Part shown: positions 1 to 11,912 of the stretch, in pieces
Layout of the letters: each line of letters begins with the position of its first letter
Position numbering within the stretch: the first letter of the stretch is position 1
DNA from: Eledone cirrhosa
Taxonomy: Eukaryota
Assembly: GCA_964016885.1 (NCBI GenBank)
Contig: OZ024742.1
Location: 326,244,001 to 326,308,000 of the forward strand
DNA length: 64,000 nt
Reading direction: 5' to 3'
Translations under genes and position numbers: made by a program
The notes under the pieces: generated by a model
Seen by the model: the letters and a program-made list of their open reading frames with translations, nothing else
Told to the model about the DNA's origin: nothing
Database searches by the model: none

Positions 1-879
1 AGTGAAATCTTTCTGATTTTTTTACCCCAACTTTTTAGTAGTAATTTATCTTTCTATTATTTTTCGATCGAGGAAAATAACGTGTACGAATTCTGAAGAA
101 ACAAATCAAAACAGCCTGAGTTACCGCCATTTTTTAATGTGGGCACGAATGTAAATAAGCGCTTGGGCCCCGCCTGATGACGAGCCATATCTAATGCTTC
201 CCGCATCTCGAAAAGGGTTGCCGATGCCTGATATAGAGAATCGATCAACAGCAATTACACGCTGTTTGTCGAAAACATTAACAATTATCTCTGCTGCGAG
301 ACACTTTTATATCTCTGCTCTTTTACTAGCCTTAATCATTGGACAGCAAGCATATTAGCAGACCTGTCACCTCTTCCCGTACGACGGGGAGATTTGAAAT
401 AGCCTTTGGGATTTATGAGAGATGTCTTCTCTTGCGAATATGGATATAGCTTTCATGACGTAAATTCTACCCAGTTTGCCTCAATTCTCCCTGTTTTGGG
501 TCACTTTATTTCATGTTACTCTCCATTTGGCTTTCTAGTGATTGGCAGGTCTGTACTAGGACATCGTTTTTAAAGCATTTTTCATTCCTATCTATACGAG
601 TGTTATTTGTTTTCTATTTTTCATCAGACGGATTGTATCTGTAATTCAAATGGCCAATCTTATTACACATGTTACTACGGAGATACTACCCTATGATTCA
701 ATAAAGTTTATTATAAACTTTTAACGATTAATTGAACGGACCGTGAAAATCCATGTCGTCTTAAATTAGATAGCTGAATCACAGCTTTCAAATATCAACA
801 ACAGATATCATATGTACACAAAGAAACACTGTGTATACGTAGCCGATCACGGACTCCTATAAAGCTGTAATAGTTGTCG

Positions 880-1040
880 AGGTCCATTAGCTTGATGGTT
901 AAAGCCTCTAGCCAGTATTTGGAAGATATGGGGGTTCGATCCCTCATAGCAGCCGATGGTAACTACGTTTTCCGTCTTTTAAGGGTCTTCAACGTATTTT
1001 ATAAGCTATGTTATGGCATCTCCACGCATAAGCACTTATT
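880..1040 (+). mobile_element. Degenerate tRNA-derived SINE-like repeat
   Basis: A-box-like TAGCTTGATGGTTAAAGC and B-box-like GGGTTCGATCCC; the 3' part recurs at about 16326-16390. Confidence 0.45.
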
Positions 1041-1586
1041 TCTTTACACACACACACACACACACACTTATAAATATATATATATATATTTGACAATTGT
1101 TTCAGCACATCACACAATGAAAGCAGTAAAAATGTAGTTTTCAATCGTAAGATTTATCTTCATTTCTGCACTGGCTTTTCGCTGACTTAGGAACTTTGAT
1201 ATGCGCCTAAAGTATACATCTCTCACCACACTTGCAAGTTTCTCCCCTAAAGTATACATCTCCTAAAGTATACATCCCTCCCCACACTTGCAATATATAC
1301 GCATTTTCCTTATGTTCTCATTATCTTTTTCTATTATGTGCATGCTGACTTTGTATTCACCTGAGTGGTATGTTGAAACAAGTTTAAAGTATAAAAATGT
1401 TTATATGCCTTGTATTATATGTCTTGTATAATATGCCTTGTATTATATGTCACCTTTCTTCTACTTTGGAATGACACTTTTTCTATATTTCTATCTATAT
1501 TGACATAAACTCATTGAACGTAAATATATTATTTACTGGCTATCACTCATCAGTTACCTTTATGTGTATGTGTTTATATATATATA

Positions 1587-1713
1587 TAGTAATAATAATA
1601 CATGTGAAGACTAAAATCCGAAGAGGGCTTGATAAGGATAATATATATATATATGTCAGAAGATCCCGTTAAGGGTGAAAGCAGCGATTCTTTGCTTAAA
1701 CTTTAATCTGTTA

Positions 1714-1722
<9 letters not shown>
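1587..1722. mobile_element. Short PLE-like terminal fragments in (TA)n (same family as 53290-53415 and 56586-56910)
   Basis: Shares GAAGACTAAAATCC..AGAGGGCT.GATAAGG and GATTCTTTGCTTAAACTTTAATCT.TTATTTTAAT blocks, in opposite orientations, with the other two loci. Confidence 0.55.
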
Positions 1723-1794
<72 letters not shown>

Positions 1795-2141
1795 TTATAC
1801 GTATATGTGTCTATAATACAACCATATATATATATATGTATATATATGTGTGTGTATCTATGTGCATGTGTGTGTGTTTGTGTGTGTGTGTGTGTTATTT
1901 AGATGTGTAACTACAGTTACAGGTGGCGTGCTGTTCAAAGCAACCAATGCTTTTACTCGTTTATTTGATTTTTTTAACCTTTTATATCTTTTTAGATCTT
2001 TTTTCCTTTCTGTGTTTTTAAATTTAAATCTACAGTTATCAGTTACCTACTCCCTCCCCAAACTCCTAAAAACGAATTGATAAATGTATACAAAAGGAAA
2101 GTCTGTTACTAGTTTAGATGTATCTTTGCACATATAAACTC

Positions 2142-2232
2142 GTATTTCTGACGAGATGTCGAAGAAGAATTTGGTCCCGTCGTTTTGTTTCTACTCTGAG
2201 CTGATCGGTATATCGAAACAATTGTAATATGC
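2142..2232 (+). ncRNA. Type I hammerhead ribozyme-like motif with enlarged stem II
   Basis: CTGACGA at 2148; stem II GATGT/ATATC closing a long insert; GAAAC-AATT-GTA with palindromic stem III ACAATTGT; stem I degenerate. Confidence 0.55.
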
Positions 2233-2279
2233 CAATAAAGTTTGCACATATGCTGCAGCACTGACTTTTAGTCTCCTTG

Positions 2280-2445
<166 letters not shown>

Positions 2446-2684
2446 GGTAAGATGTTGACTAATCGTGGTTGTGTATGTAACCCACCAATCAGTGAATAAT
2501 AATGCAATTCGAATTAAACACTCAACGTCATGTCTTCTCTTATTTTCTTCCAAATATAATTTGTCAGTAAGTGACGGAGACTATGTAGAATATAGAAACG
2601 CGAAGTAACGGCTATATGTTAAAAGGTCCTTTATCAACAAAGGACTTTTTAACATCTACACGGAACTTTGCATTTTCCTTATTC

Positions 2685-2744
<60 letters not shown>

Positions 2745-2746
<2 letters not shown>

Positions 2747-2945
2747 AACAAGTATGACCCCGACGGCAGAGCTCAATCTGTTTCGACGGCTAATTCTGGA
2801 CTAAATTTAGTCCAGAATTAGCCGTCGAAACGGCTTGAGCTCTGCCGTCGGGGTCATACTTGTTCCTATTACCCACTCTACTAGCCTAAGTATTAAGTAC
2901 TTTGGTGCGTTATGGTCTATCTGGTTCCTTACCACATTTACTTCG

Positions 2946-2948
<3 letters not shown>
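2745..2948 (+). mobile_element. PLE-like palindrome + tail insertion (family P; also 30124-30241, 36956-37092, 51670-51852, 51916-52122)
   Basis: Near-perfect palindrome 2745-2866 followed by an about 80-nt tail, flanked by (TA)n; contains the 3' half of an HHR (GAAACGGC..GCCGTC-GGGGTC). Confidence 0.75.
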
Positions 2949-2981
<33 letters not shown>

Positions 2982-2985
<4 letters not shown>

Positions 2986-3058
2986 GTGTGTTTAATGGTA
3001 GCTATGGTGCTTCCAGATATTTTGTTTCTGGAAGCACCATAGGTACCATTAAACACAC

Positions 3059-3060
<2 letters not shown>
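2982..3060. repeat. About 80-bp palindrome between (TA)n tracts
   Basis: ACGTGTGTTTAATGGTAGCTATGGTGCTTCCAGA / TCTGGAAGCACCATAGGTACCATTAAACACACGT. Confidence 0.85.
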
Positions 3061-3089
<29 letters not shown>

Positions 3090-3093
<4 letters not shown>

Positions 3094-3428
3094 TGGTGGA
3101 TGGGTGCTACACGAGAATGCTGAGGATGGCTCTGAACATTAACTCAGAGCTGTATGGGAGCCTCCCAAAAGTCAGCTCAAAAGTGACACAGAGTAGACTG
3201 AGGTTAGCTGGACATGCTCACCGACATCCAGAGTTGACATTGCACTCAGTGCTCCTATGGGAGCCCCTTCATGGACACACTGGAAGAGGAAGACCAAGGT
3301 TAACGTATGTTGATGCCCTAAGGACAGACACTGGTCTGTTGGAGACGCAGGACATGGCAGCGATAATGAGGGACAGAGACCGCTGGAGCGAACTCGTCCA
3401 TGGATCTCGGGAATTTTACCCGCCTTAG
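3090..3428 (+). mobile_element. 3' end of an RTE-clade LINE ORF (5'-truncated)
   Basis: DGCYTRMLRMALNI..RLRLAGH..LWEP..RGRPRLTYVD..DRDRW is a typical RTE C-terminus. Confidence 0.8.
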
Positions 3429-3429
3429 A

Positions 3430-3711
3430 TAGATAGTGCTTCCATAGGCGGTATGCCAGTTGAGCACTCAATGTTCTTACAGAGCAGAGTGTAAATAATA
3501 TAAACATACGAAAAATCAGTGATGCATCTAGACTCAGTCTATTGCGTGTTACAATTGTTTCGCCGGCAGATAGCTCGAGGCATGATCATTTTGTGGATCT
3601 GCCTGAGTCTACAGCTGCAGGTTCTTCGGACACATGCAATGCTTTCGGAGCAAATTTTCTCATGTAACACGCAATAGACTAAGTCTAGATGCATCACTGA
3701 TTTTTCGTTTG

Positions 3712-3715
<4 letters not shown>
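3430..3715 (-). mobile_element. PLE-like fragment with mirror arm, HHR-like core and tail
   Basis: Inverted repeat about 3508-3553 / 3663-3708; minus-strand TGTGT-CCGAAGA..GAAAC-AATT-GTA-ACAC (3543-3638, one core mismatch); tail hairpin at 3466-3490. Confidence 0.65.
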
Positions 3716-3763
<48 letters not shown>

Positions 3764-4351
3764 CACAACTAAGTAAAAGAAAATCTAGAGGTTTAATAAA
3801 CAAAATACAAGGATATAGACTAGGCTTCATTTGAAATTACATAGATTATATATATATGAGTGTGTATACAAATGTATGAAAATATACATTTGTATAAATA
3901 TGTATGTGTCAATAAATGTATCCGTGTATATGTATAAAACATATAGAATATAACTGCAGTTAACTTTAGTGATTCAGTTTTCTAATTATGATTAATTACA
4001 TCACTATTTAAAAAATACCTCTAAAAACACGGAATTCTGTAGATCACTAGTTTGATATCAGCATGGCAGATATGAAATAGCGATGTCTTCAGGAATAGCA
4101 GATAAATTTCTACAAATTACTCACTACCATCTTGTAAATGGACGTATAAATTAGATAAATCACTCCTATACACTACAAATGTCCTACAGAAATATAAATT
4201 GGGATCGCCTTGGCTGAAAACCTAAATAAATATTTTATACCTGTTGGATATTTTATTTTTCTGATAACTTAAAACTTTGGTTTTCTAACGTATGTTATAT
4301 AGCTAAGAAGAATTGTTTAAGCTGTTAATTTTTTTCGGTGTTTTTGTTTAG

Positions 4352-4531
4352 CACCAGGTCCTTCCTGTTCATCAAATGATGAAAAGCGTTCCAGTTGAGA
4401 TCACCCTATCTGTATTCCAGGAGATTACGTATATCTGGGACTATATTTTCGAACATCTGAAATATAAGCAGTGTGATGGGGATTGGAATGCTTTTGATCA
4501 TAAGATCTACTTGATCAGGCTTCAACTTGTG
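4352..4531 (+). pseudogene. Decayed LDL-receptor class A (LDLa) domain exon
   Basis: Acceptor TTTTTGTTTAG, phase 1; PGPSCSSNDEKRSS*DHPICIP, then frameshifted QCDGDW and DQASTC; donor position reads CTAAGT, consistent with mutated GTAAGT, phase 1. Confidence 0.55.
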
Positions 4532-4703
4532 CTAAGTAGAAACAGCAACAACGACAGTAACATCTACAATACCTCCGTTTAGCTACGTGACATACACGGG
4601 AAAAAGAGTGCCCTACATTTTTTGTGACGAATAATTTATGGTATTTTGTTTTGTTCCTTTCTTGTGTATATATTTAATATAGTAAATTTTGATTTAAGGT
4701 ATA

Positions 4704-4880
4704 TATCGGTAGAGGGTCGGGCACCATGCTTTGACGAACAGAGTTATGACCCTTGCCATTCTGAGTTCAAATTACGCCGAGGTTAACTTTGCCTTTCATC
4801 CTTACGGGGCCGATAAAATAAAGTACCAGTAATACACTGGGTAATTGCTGGCCTTGTGCCAAAAGTAGAAACAATTATTA
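4704..4880 (+). mobile_element. Octopus-type tRNA-derived SINE (main family)
   Basis: GAGTTCAAAT..CGCCGAGGTTAACTTTGCCTTTCATCCTTACGGGG.CGATAAAATAAAGTACCAG...GTAGAAACAATTATTA; more than 12 copies in the window. Confidence 0.9.
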
Positions 4881-4886
4881 AGGGAA

Positions 4887-5029
4887 AGTTAGAGCGTCGG
4901 ACAAAATGCTTTGCGGTATTTTTTACGGACTCATTACTTTCTGATTTCAAATCGCACCCTGGTCAGCTTTGCCTTTTATTCCTTTTCCCACAAATTGCAA
5001 ACCTTGTGCCTAAATTAGAAATCATTATT
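4887..5029 (+). mobile_element. Older, diverged SINE copy
   Basis: GTTAGAGCGTCGGACAAAATGCTT..CTTTGCCTTT..CCTTGTGCCTAAATTAGAAATCATTATT. Confidence 0.65.
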
Positions 5030-5053
5030 TTTGTTTATTGTTTAGTTGGGTTA

Positions 5054-5272
5054 GGGTGGTGGACTGGCAGTATCGGTAGCGGGTCAGACGCCATGCTTTG
5101 CATCATAGAGTTACGCCACTTTATGGTCTGAGTTCAAATCCCGCCGAGGTTAACTTTGCCTTTCATCCTTACGGGGTCGATAAAATAAACTACCAGTAAT
5201 GCACTGGAGTCGATTTAATCAACTTACCCCTCCCTCCAAATTACTGGCCTTGTCCCTATACTAGAAATTATT
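5054..5272 (+). mobile_element. Octopus-type SINE, full length
   Basis: Same core as 4704-4880, with a longer 3' part (GTCGATTTAATCAACTTACCCC). Confidence 0.9.
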
Positions 5273-5755
5273 GTATGGTTGGGTTACTGCTACTATTGCT
5301 GCAACTGTTGTTGAGATTGATGTTTTTAAAGTAAAAATAAGAGAATATGTGGTGTACTACACAGAAGTGAATGTGTGAATAATCTAAGTTATGATAAGAA
5401 TAAGAGAAGGGAGAACTTAGGAAACATAACATCACAAAATAATCTTATTAAATTTCAAGATTAATATTTTTTTCCTCGACGTTTTGAATATACATGTCGA
5501 GCGTTAATATTTTTTCTCCTAAAAAGGCAAGTGTTGGAAGGGTAATGACAAAAATGTTTCCTAAAATTATATAAAAATTCTGTATCATTTCTATCCATAA
5601 TGGGTGTCAAACAAGTTTTAAAAGGAAAGGAAAGTAAAAAGTCTTATGGTTTTCTGGGAAGGAGAGCCTCATCGTAGTGATTAGCGCGAGGCCTAGTATT
5701 ACGTGTGGATACAGTATTGACAACGAAAGGAGAGATAAACGAGTTTAGTGTGCCA

Positions 5756-5789
<34 letters not shown>

Positions 5790-6328
5790 CGACTGACCAC
5801 ATAGAGGCCTCCTCGATGTCATCTGTTTAGAAAGTAGGTTCAGATAGTAATGTGCTTGGTAATAATAACAAAGCAGGGGATATTGTGGGCGAGACTAAAA
5901 GACGACCGAAACAGGATTTCACATTCCTACAATTAGTTTTTAGTTTTTTATTTTTTCGTTTTTCTATCTTCAAGTTCCGTTGTCGTAAAGAAAAATCTGT
6001 TTAGAAGTCTTGTTTGTTTTGTTTTTTTAATTAGCTGAGCAAACCAGTTTTTCTAAGGTAAGGGTAGAAGAGATCCACCCCATCACCTCTCTATGAGACA
6101 AATGGCCATTCTGACACATATAGTGTCATAGATAGCAAGGTCATTCTTGTTTGTTTTATTATACCGGTGGTGATATGTTAAAAAGTTAACTGGTTCTCTT
6201 GTAGCAATCAATGATAGTTTTTTCTTTATTTTATGTCACAAGCATTTACTAATTGTCTCGAATGTTTACCCTGTCTTTTCAGTGGTCTTATAACTAGCAA
6301 GAATTTTTTTTTCTCCTCCAGTAATAAG

Positions 6329-6533
6329 TGTGGTGGATTGAAACAATTGTTCCCATGGTATTTATTTCCGCCTCCTCACGTTCTGAATTCATATCTCGCC
6401 TAGATCACCTTTACTTTTATCTTGCTAAGATCGATAAATTTTAGTACCAGTCAAGTACTGGTGTGGATATCATCGACTTTCTCATACTCACACATTGACA
6501 ACCGTATGTCTGAATTAGAAACCATTATTATTT
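6329..6533 (+). mobile_element. Diverged SINE copy
   Basis: Degenerate head, TCGATAAAT..AGTACCAGTCAAGTACTGG core and AATTAGAAACCATTATT end; a similar old copy lies at about 7298-7503. Confidence 0.65.
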
Positions 6534-8167
6534 TCAATTATTAAATATTTTCTTTTTTTTATTTCGTGACCTTTGAGGCCTAATTACGCACGTTGCTTTG
6601 TTAGTTATATATTTTCTACTCGTAGTCAAATTACTTTATGTATGCAGCAATAAACAGTGTTATGTTATGTAAGTTGTTTATGTTGGTAAATTCTTAAATT
6701 TTGGTTATGTATGCGTCTGCATATTTCCTTAATAATTCCGAAGTACTCATTATTTTAAGAATTGTTTATTTTCAATATCCAAATTTTAGTAATCACGATT
6801 TCCGAATTTTAATGTTGGGATCATTTTTCCATGTCTCAATTTTATTAAGTATTATTCCCAACAACTCAATTTGAGTTGTTGGGAATATTACTTCGGTTGG
6901 GGGACATTTCCCTTTCCATATTGAATAACAACATCCATTAGATTAGCCATGCTTTCACTGTATTCTCTCTTATCTAAGATTAGGCAGTCAGAGATAATAC
7001 GATTGTATCCAACCTTCACAAATTCAGCAGTGAATCAATATACTCTTCTTCAATACATGGGTTCAGTAACCCTTCATTCTGGGACACAATCATGAATCTT
7101 CAGACTTAGAATTTTTGTTATACATGTTTAAACCAGTATTGCAAATGTACTTTATCTGCTTAGTTGTTTCAAATGAACCCCTTTTCCTTAAGCCAGTGTG
7201 GTAATTTATTATTGTCAACAACATCCTTTTCATTATCATTAATATTCTCATTATTGTCGTGGTCGTCGTTGATATTATTGCGATTGATTCGCAGAATGAT
7301 TGGCTAATCAGTTAAACATATTGTATGGCATATGTTCCGGCTCATTAGATTTCTAAATTCGAATCCTGCCGGGGTCAATTTCGCCGTTCATTTTTCTAAA
7401 GCTGTTAAAATAAATTATCCGTCAAGTACCCATTTCGATTTAATCCATATTCCCTTCATCCTATCAGAAACATTGCTGGCATTGTGTCTGAATTAAATAC
7501 CATCATCTTCATCATCGTCATATCATCATCATCATCATCATCATAATTATCATCCTCCTCCTCCTCATCATCATCATCATCTTCATCATCATCATCGTCG
7601 TCATCATCATTTATTACTATTATTATCAAGTAGTCTTCTTTTTAATCCGTGCACTTGCTGCACAGTCGAACGCATCTATGTGTACCTTCAGTATGTGTTC
7701 TGATTTGTATTGCTTTTGCATTTTGTGTTGTATAGTGAAGCACACAAAATAGTAGGCGTGCAGTGCCTCGTAGAGATATTTTCTGTATTTTGCGCATATT
7801 TGTAAGCTGTTTACAACGTATGAATATGATTCTTCTTCTTATTATTATTCACAGTTACCAGCGGCAAATATTTTTTTATGTGTTCTTGAGTGTTTTAACA
7901 ATTAGCATATTAGTTTTCAATTTGGATGGTGTTCGTGTGTCATATTTTTGAGAGCGTTATTTTATGTATTTTTTATGGGGTGGGATTTGAGAAGTAGAAA
8001 TTAGAAAAAAAGTTACATTTTGAAACAAACATTTATTTTTTTTAGCCGTCAGACAATTTTCAAAAGTATTTCTTCGCATAACATCCTCTGGGGTAGCATC
8101 TAAAGATGCTAGCAACATATACGTCAAACAAAATTATAATTAACAGTTTAATAGTTGAACAGAAAAA

Positions 8168-8501
8168 TAATGGTTTCTAAATTAGGCACTAACCAACAAT
8201 TTGGTGGGAAGGGAAAATCGATTAAATTGACCGCAGTACGTGACTGGTACTTTATTTTATAGACCCCGTAAGGATGAAAGGCAAAACTAACCTCGGCCGT
8301 ATTTCATACTCAGAATGTAAAGAGCCGTATCTGTATGTCACGATATCTACCGATATGCTAATCCACCACCTTCTATTGAACAGAAAAATAATTGTTTCTA
8401 CTTTTAGCACAAGGCCAGCAAATCCCCAGTACATTACTGGTACTTTATTTTATCGACCTCGTAAGTATGAAAGGCAAAGTTAACCTCGGCGGGATTTGAA
8501 C
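8168..8501 (-). mobile_element. Two SINE copies (8168-8371 older; 8387-8501 5'-truncated)
   Basis: Reverse complement of the SINE core, CTGGTACTTTATTTTAT.GACC.CGTAAG..TGAAAGGCAAA, occurs twice. Confidence 0.85.
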
Positions 8502-9375
8502 ATAAAAATAATGACAATTGAAATACCAGAAAACTGTTAGGAGAAAAAGAATGATTAGAAGTGTAACGATAACTGTAATACCTTCAATTGGTGTGGTATA
8601 GCAAAGGAGACAGTGCCTCATTACTCGAGAGTGAAGAAGGAAAGAGATTTATTTTTATTTTCCCAAAATTGATGAGGCTTTCCTTGTGCCCTCGAAGGAG
8701 CATTTGGAAGAAGTCCTATCCGCTCTGTGGCGGGAAGCTATTCCATTGACTACAGCAATAAATATGTGAGCAAAGTGCCTGACTATATGTGGAGCTCGTA
8801 CAATACACACTTGTGAGTGAACAAGTATTACAGTGTACGAGAGAATGAAATATAAAGGGCGCGTCTAGAGATATTCGGAGGTATGCTGAGCTTGGCTAGT
8901 ATTGCAGCACTTTACAGGTAAAGGTTGAGTGTGCCCATAATACACAATAACGTATGGGTGCGTGGGCTCAGCATGGGCATGTATGTTATGTTGCCCACTA
9001 AATATCTCAATGTCTATTGGCGTTGTAATTCATTTTGAAGCAAAACCAAAAACTATCAAACTCAAGAGCAACGGCAACGGGGCTCGGTAGGTAGGATCTA
9101 ATTTCAAATTGTCCCTGTCACAATTTTGAGGAAATCCAAAGTATCACCTTATCTTCGTTATCAGTGGCCGATGGCCTAAAATAAAGATTACAAGTGCAGA
9201 AGGGAGGTTCACTTCCTAAATATTTACAACCACAATGTATAAATGTATGTATGTTTGTATATATGTGCATATATGTATGTATGTACGTATATTTGCATGT
9301 ATGTATGTACATATATATATATATATATATATATAATATAATAAATAACAAAGAACGCCTATAGCATATGCATAT

Positions 9376-9433
9376 CTTTACTTGCTAACATTGTTTCATC
9401 CCCACTATAAGTGGGACTCATCAGAGCATAAAG
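9376..9433 (-). ncRNA. Minimal type I hammerhead ribozyme (mirror copy of 14053-14110)
   Basis: Reverse complement of the 14053-14110 motif. Confidence 0.8.
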
Positions 9434-9538
9434 GTTAATTACATACCACACAAGCAATAACAAATCCAAGACATTGAAGAATGAAAAATAATAGAAGATA
9501 AAGGATATTAAGGAAGTAAAAGTAAAAATAAGAATAAA

Positions 9539-9569
<31 letters not shown>

Positions 9570-9894
9570 TAATAAAATAAACAATGAAAAATAAGGGGTG
9601 CTATCAGTCACAGTTGGGCGGGGTGCTGTCAACATATAGTTACATACAAGCATACACATGGATAAGAGAACAGACAAGAGTAGATAAGATAGATAGGATT
9701 AGGTAAGAGTAGGTAAAAAATAGGTGAAAAACAGACTTATAATATATATAAGAAAATATAAAAAAATATAACAAACTTACATATAAAATATAAAATATAA
9801 AATATACAGATAATAGTGATACAGGGTAAGGAATGAAATAAAATAATATAAAATTAAAATTAAAATTATGTAAAATAGAACATAATATAATATA

Positions 9895-10299
9895 GGTTTC
9901 TTTTATTTGCCACTAGGGCATCAAAAGTGGGACAAGTACAAAGGGGGAGTTTACACAAAAAGGCGTCCTCAATAAGGAGGAGGCAATAACAAAATATAAA
10001 AATAAAATAAGATATAACAAAAAATAAGATTTTTAACAAAATCCTCAATAGAGAGGAGGCGCCTTGGGGGGTCGCACAGACCCCCGAAAAAAGTGTGCAA
10101 CCCTTCTCCTCAGGAGCACAGAGAAGGGGTGCTCCCTTGGTCTTTCATCTTCCTCACCTATAGTCTGATGTAGAGTGAAGGCCCATTCACACGGGCCATT
10201 CTCGCCACTTTCACCCATCTTTCATAGAAACGGCTGGGGTGCAGCACCTCTCTCTCCATCCTGATCCTTCTTCCGAAATGATAACGGAAGAAACGGACC
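9895..10299 (-). mobile_element. 5'-truncated Tx1/L1-like LINE 3' end with 18-bp target-site duplication
   Basis: TSD AGAACATAATATAATATA at 9877-9894 and 10300-10317; minus-strand LVRFFRYHFGRRIRMERE..FYERWVKV*; ends AATAAAAAGAAA; absent from the other arm; related 3' UTR at about 57800-57935. Confidence 0.75.
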
Positions 10300-10468
10300 A
10301 GAACATAATATAATATAATCATAAAATAAGATAAAATAAGGTAAACTAAAGTAAAATAAAATAGACTAAAGTAAAATAATATAATATAAGATATAATTAT
10401 AATTAAATGTAATTAAATAAATAAATAAATAAATAAAATTAAATAAATAAATAAAATTAAAATTAAAA

Positions 10469-10500
<32 letters not shown>

Positions 10501-11036
10501 GTAAATAAATAAATAAATAAATGAAATTAAATAAATAAATAAATAAAATTAAATAAAATGAAATGAAATAAAATAAAATAAAATAAAGTAAATTGAGGTA
10601 AGATATATATTTTTTTATAATATATCTCTTGAATATATCAGGGGCCCACGAAGGCACTAAGTGTCACAGTTATCTGTATCACTTGACCATTTTTTTAGAA
10701 TATATTTCTTGAAAATATCAGGGGCCCACGAAGGCACTAAGTGTCACAGTCACCAGTATCACTTGACCATTGCAAGGCAATGGAGGCGTCCCAGGTTGGG
10801 CAGTCTCAAAAGTTCACTCGAAAGTCACGGGTGTGCATTCACACAGTTGAGCGGTGGGGTAATCACAAACCGGTTCACACCCGGGCAGGAGTCCAATGGT
10901 CAAACAGAGGTGCATCGAAGGAAGGTAGGAGAATTCACGTGCAGTAGCAAGAGGCCGAAAGCGAGGTGCAGGCGGGTTAGCCAAAGCAAGCAGACACAGT
11001 TGGAGCGCATACAAAAGATATATAAATGCCGGTGGA

Positions 11037-11912
11037 ATGAACCAGCAGGGCACCATTAGTCTAAGTAATAGCAATGGTAGGCCTCGCAGCTCCCCGCATA
11101 GACTAGGTGAGCATAGTAACCGTAGAAATAATAATGCTAATAATAGTGATGGAAATAGAAAGAATAAAAAGAATAGAAGAAGATTGAATACATACTTCAA
11201 CCCCCCTTTTAATTCTGAAGTGGCTATAAATATTCCTAGGGCCTTCTTCTCTGTGTTAGAAAGGAACTTCCCTCCTGGTAATAGGTACCACTCTATCCTC
11301 AATAAAAATGTTGTTAAACTTTCGTATTCTACAACCCAAAATCTGGCCTCTCATCTGGCCATTACTAATAATAAGAAAATAAAGGAAGGCCTGGACAACC
11401 TAAGCCTAGGGGAAAACACGGTAGTGGACAGAGTGGGCCGAAACACAAGTGGTGATCATTCTGAGAATAGCATCACCAGAAGTTGTAACTGTAGAAGGGC
11501 TTCAGGCTGCCCCCTGAATGGTTTCTGCCTTGTTAGAAACATAGTTTATGCGTGTGATGTGGTAACTACGGCGTCCACTAAAACCTATATAGGATCAACC
11601 TCCACCCCCTTTAAGACCAGGTTTAACTCTCACCAATGCACTTTTAGACATAATAAACTGAGGAACTCCACCTCCTTGGCAGCGTACGTCCACAATTTAA
11701 AAAATGCACGAACACATTACACACTTACTTGGCGGCAGGTTGCTAAATCCCATCCATATACTCCTCATAATAGAGTATGTAACCTATGCCTTGCCGAATC
11801 CCACTCTATTATATTTGCTAAATGCCCTCTACTAAATAGAAAGTCAGAAATATTTTCCTCTTGCCCCCACCGAATATTAAGCTCTTTCTTCTACTTTAAA
11901 CCTATTAGCTAG
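11037..11912 (+). CDS. PLE ORF C-terminal part: linker, Cys motif and GIY-YIG endonuclease (RT lost by 5' truncation)
   Basis: YFNPPFN..FP..VKLSYS, CNCRRASGCPLNGFC, NIVY..TYIGST..FKTRFNSH, CNLCLAE, LLNRKSE..CPH; no stops in 291 aa; the ATG is probably an internal Met. Confidence 0.9.
   Translation: MNQQGTISLSNSNGRPRSSPHRLGEHSNRRNNNANNSDGNRKNKKNRRRLNTYFNPPFNSEVAINIPRAFFSVLERNFPPGNRYHSILNKNVVKLSYSTTQNLASHLAITNNKKIKEGLDNLSLGENTVVDRVGRNTSGDHSENSITRSCNCRRASGCPLNGFCLVRNIVYACDVVTTASTKTYIGSTSTPFKTRFNSHQCTFRHNKLRNSTSLAAYVHNLKNARTHYTLTWRQVAKSHPYTPHNRVCNLCLAESHSIIFAKCPLLNRKSEIFSSCPHRILSSFFYFKPIS

Noticed and set aside
168-222. CTGATGA..GAAA resembling a hammerhead
   Set aside because: Stems I and III cannot be formed convincingly.
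1657-1695. CAGAAGA-TCCC-GTTAA-GGGT-GAAA (also at 56843) as an HHR
   Set aside because: Core U is replaced by A in both copies and there is no clear stem III or cleavage triplet; left uncalled.
8640-9010. Possible CR1/L2-type LINE 3' remnant (QWNSFP on the minus strand)
   Set aside because: Single weak motif; insufficient support.
10661-11059. 132-aa ORF and its mirror at 12892-13275
   Set aside because: Antisense to the PLE 3' UTR and duplicated only because of the inverted arm; no recognisable domain.
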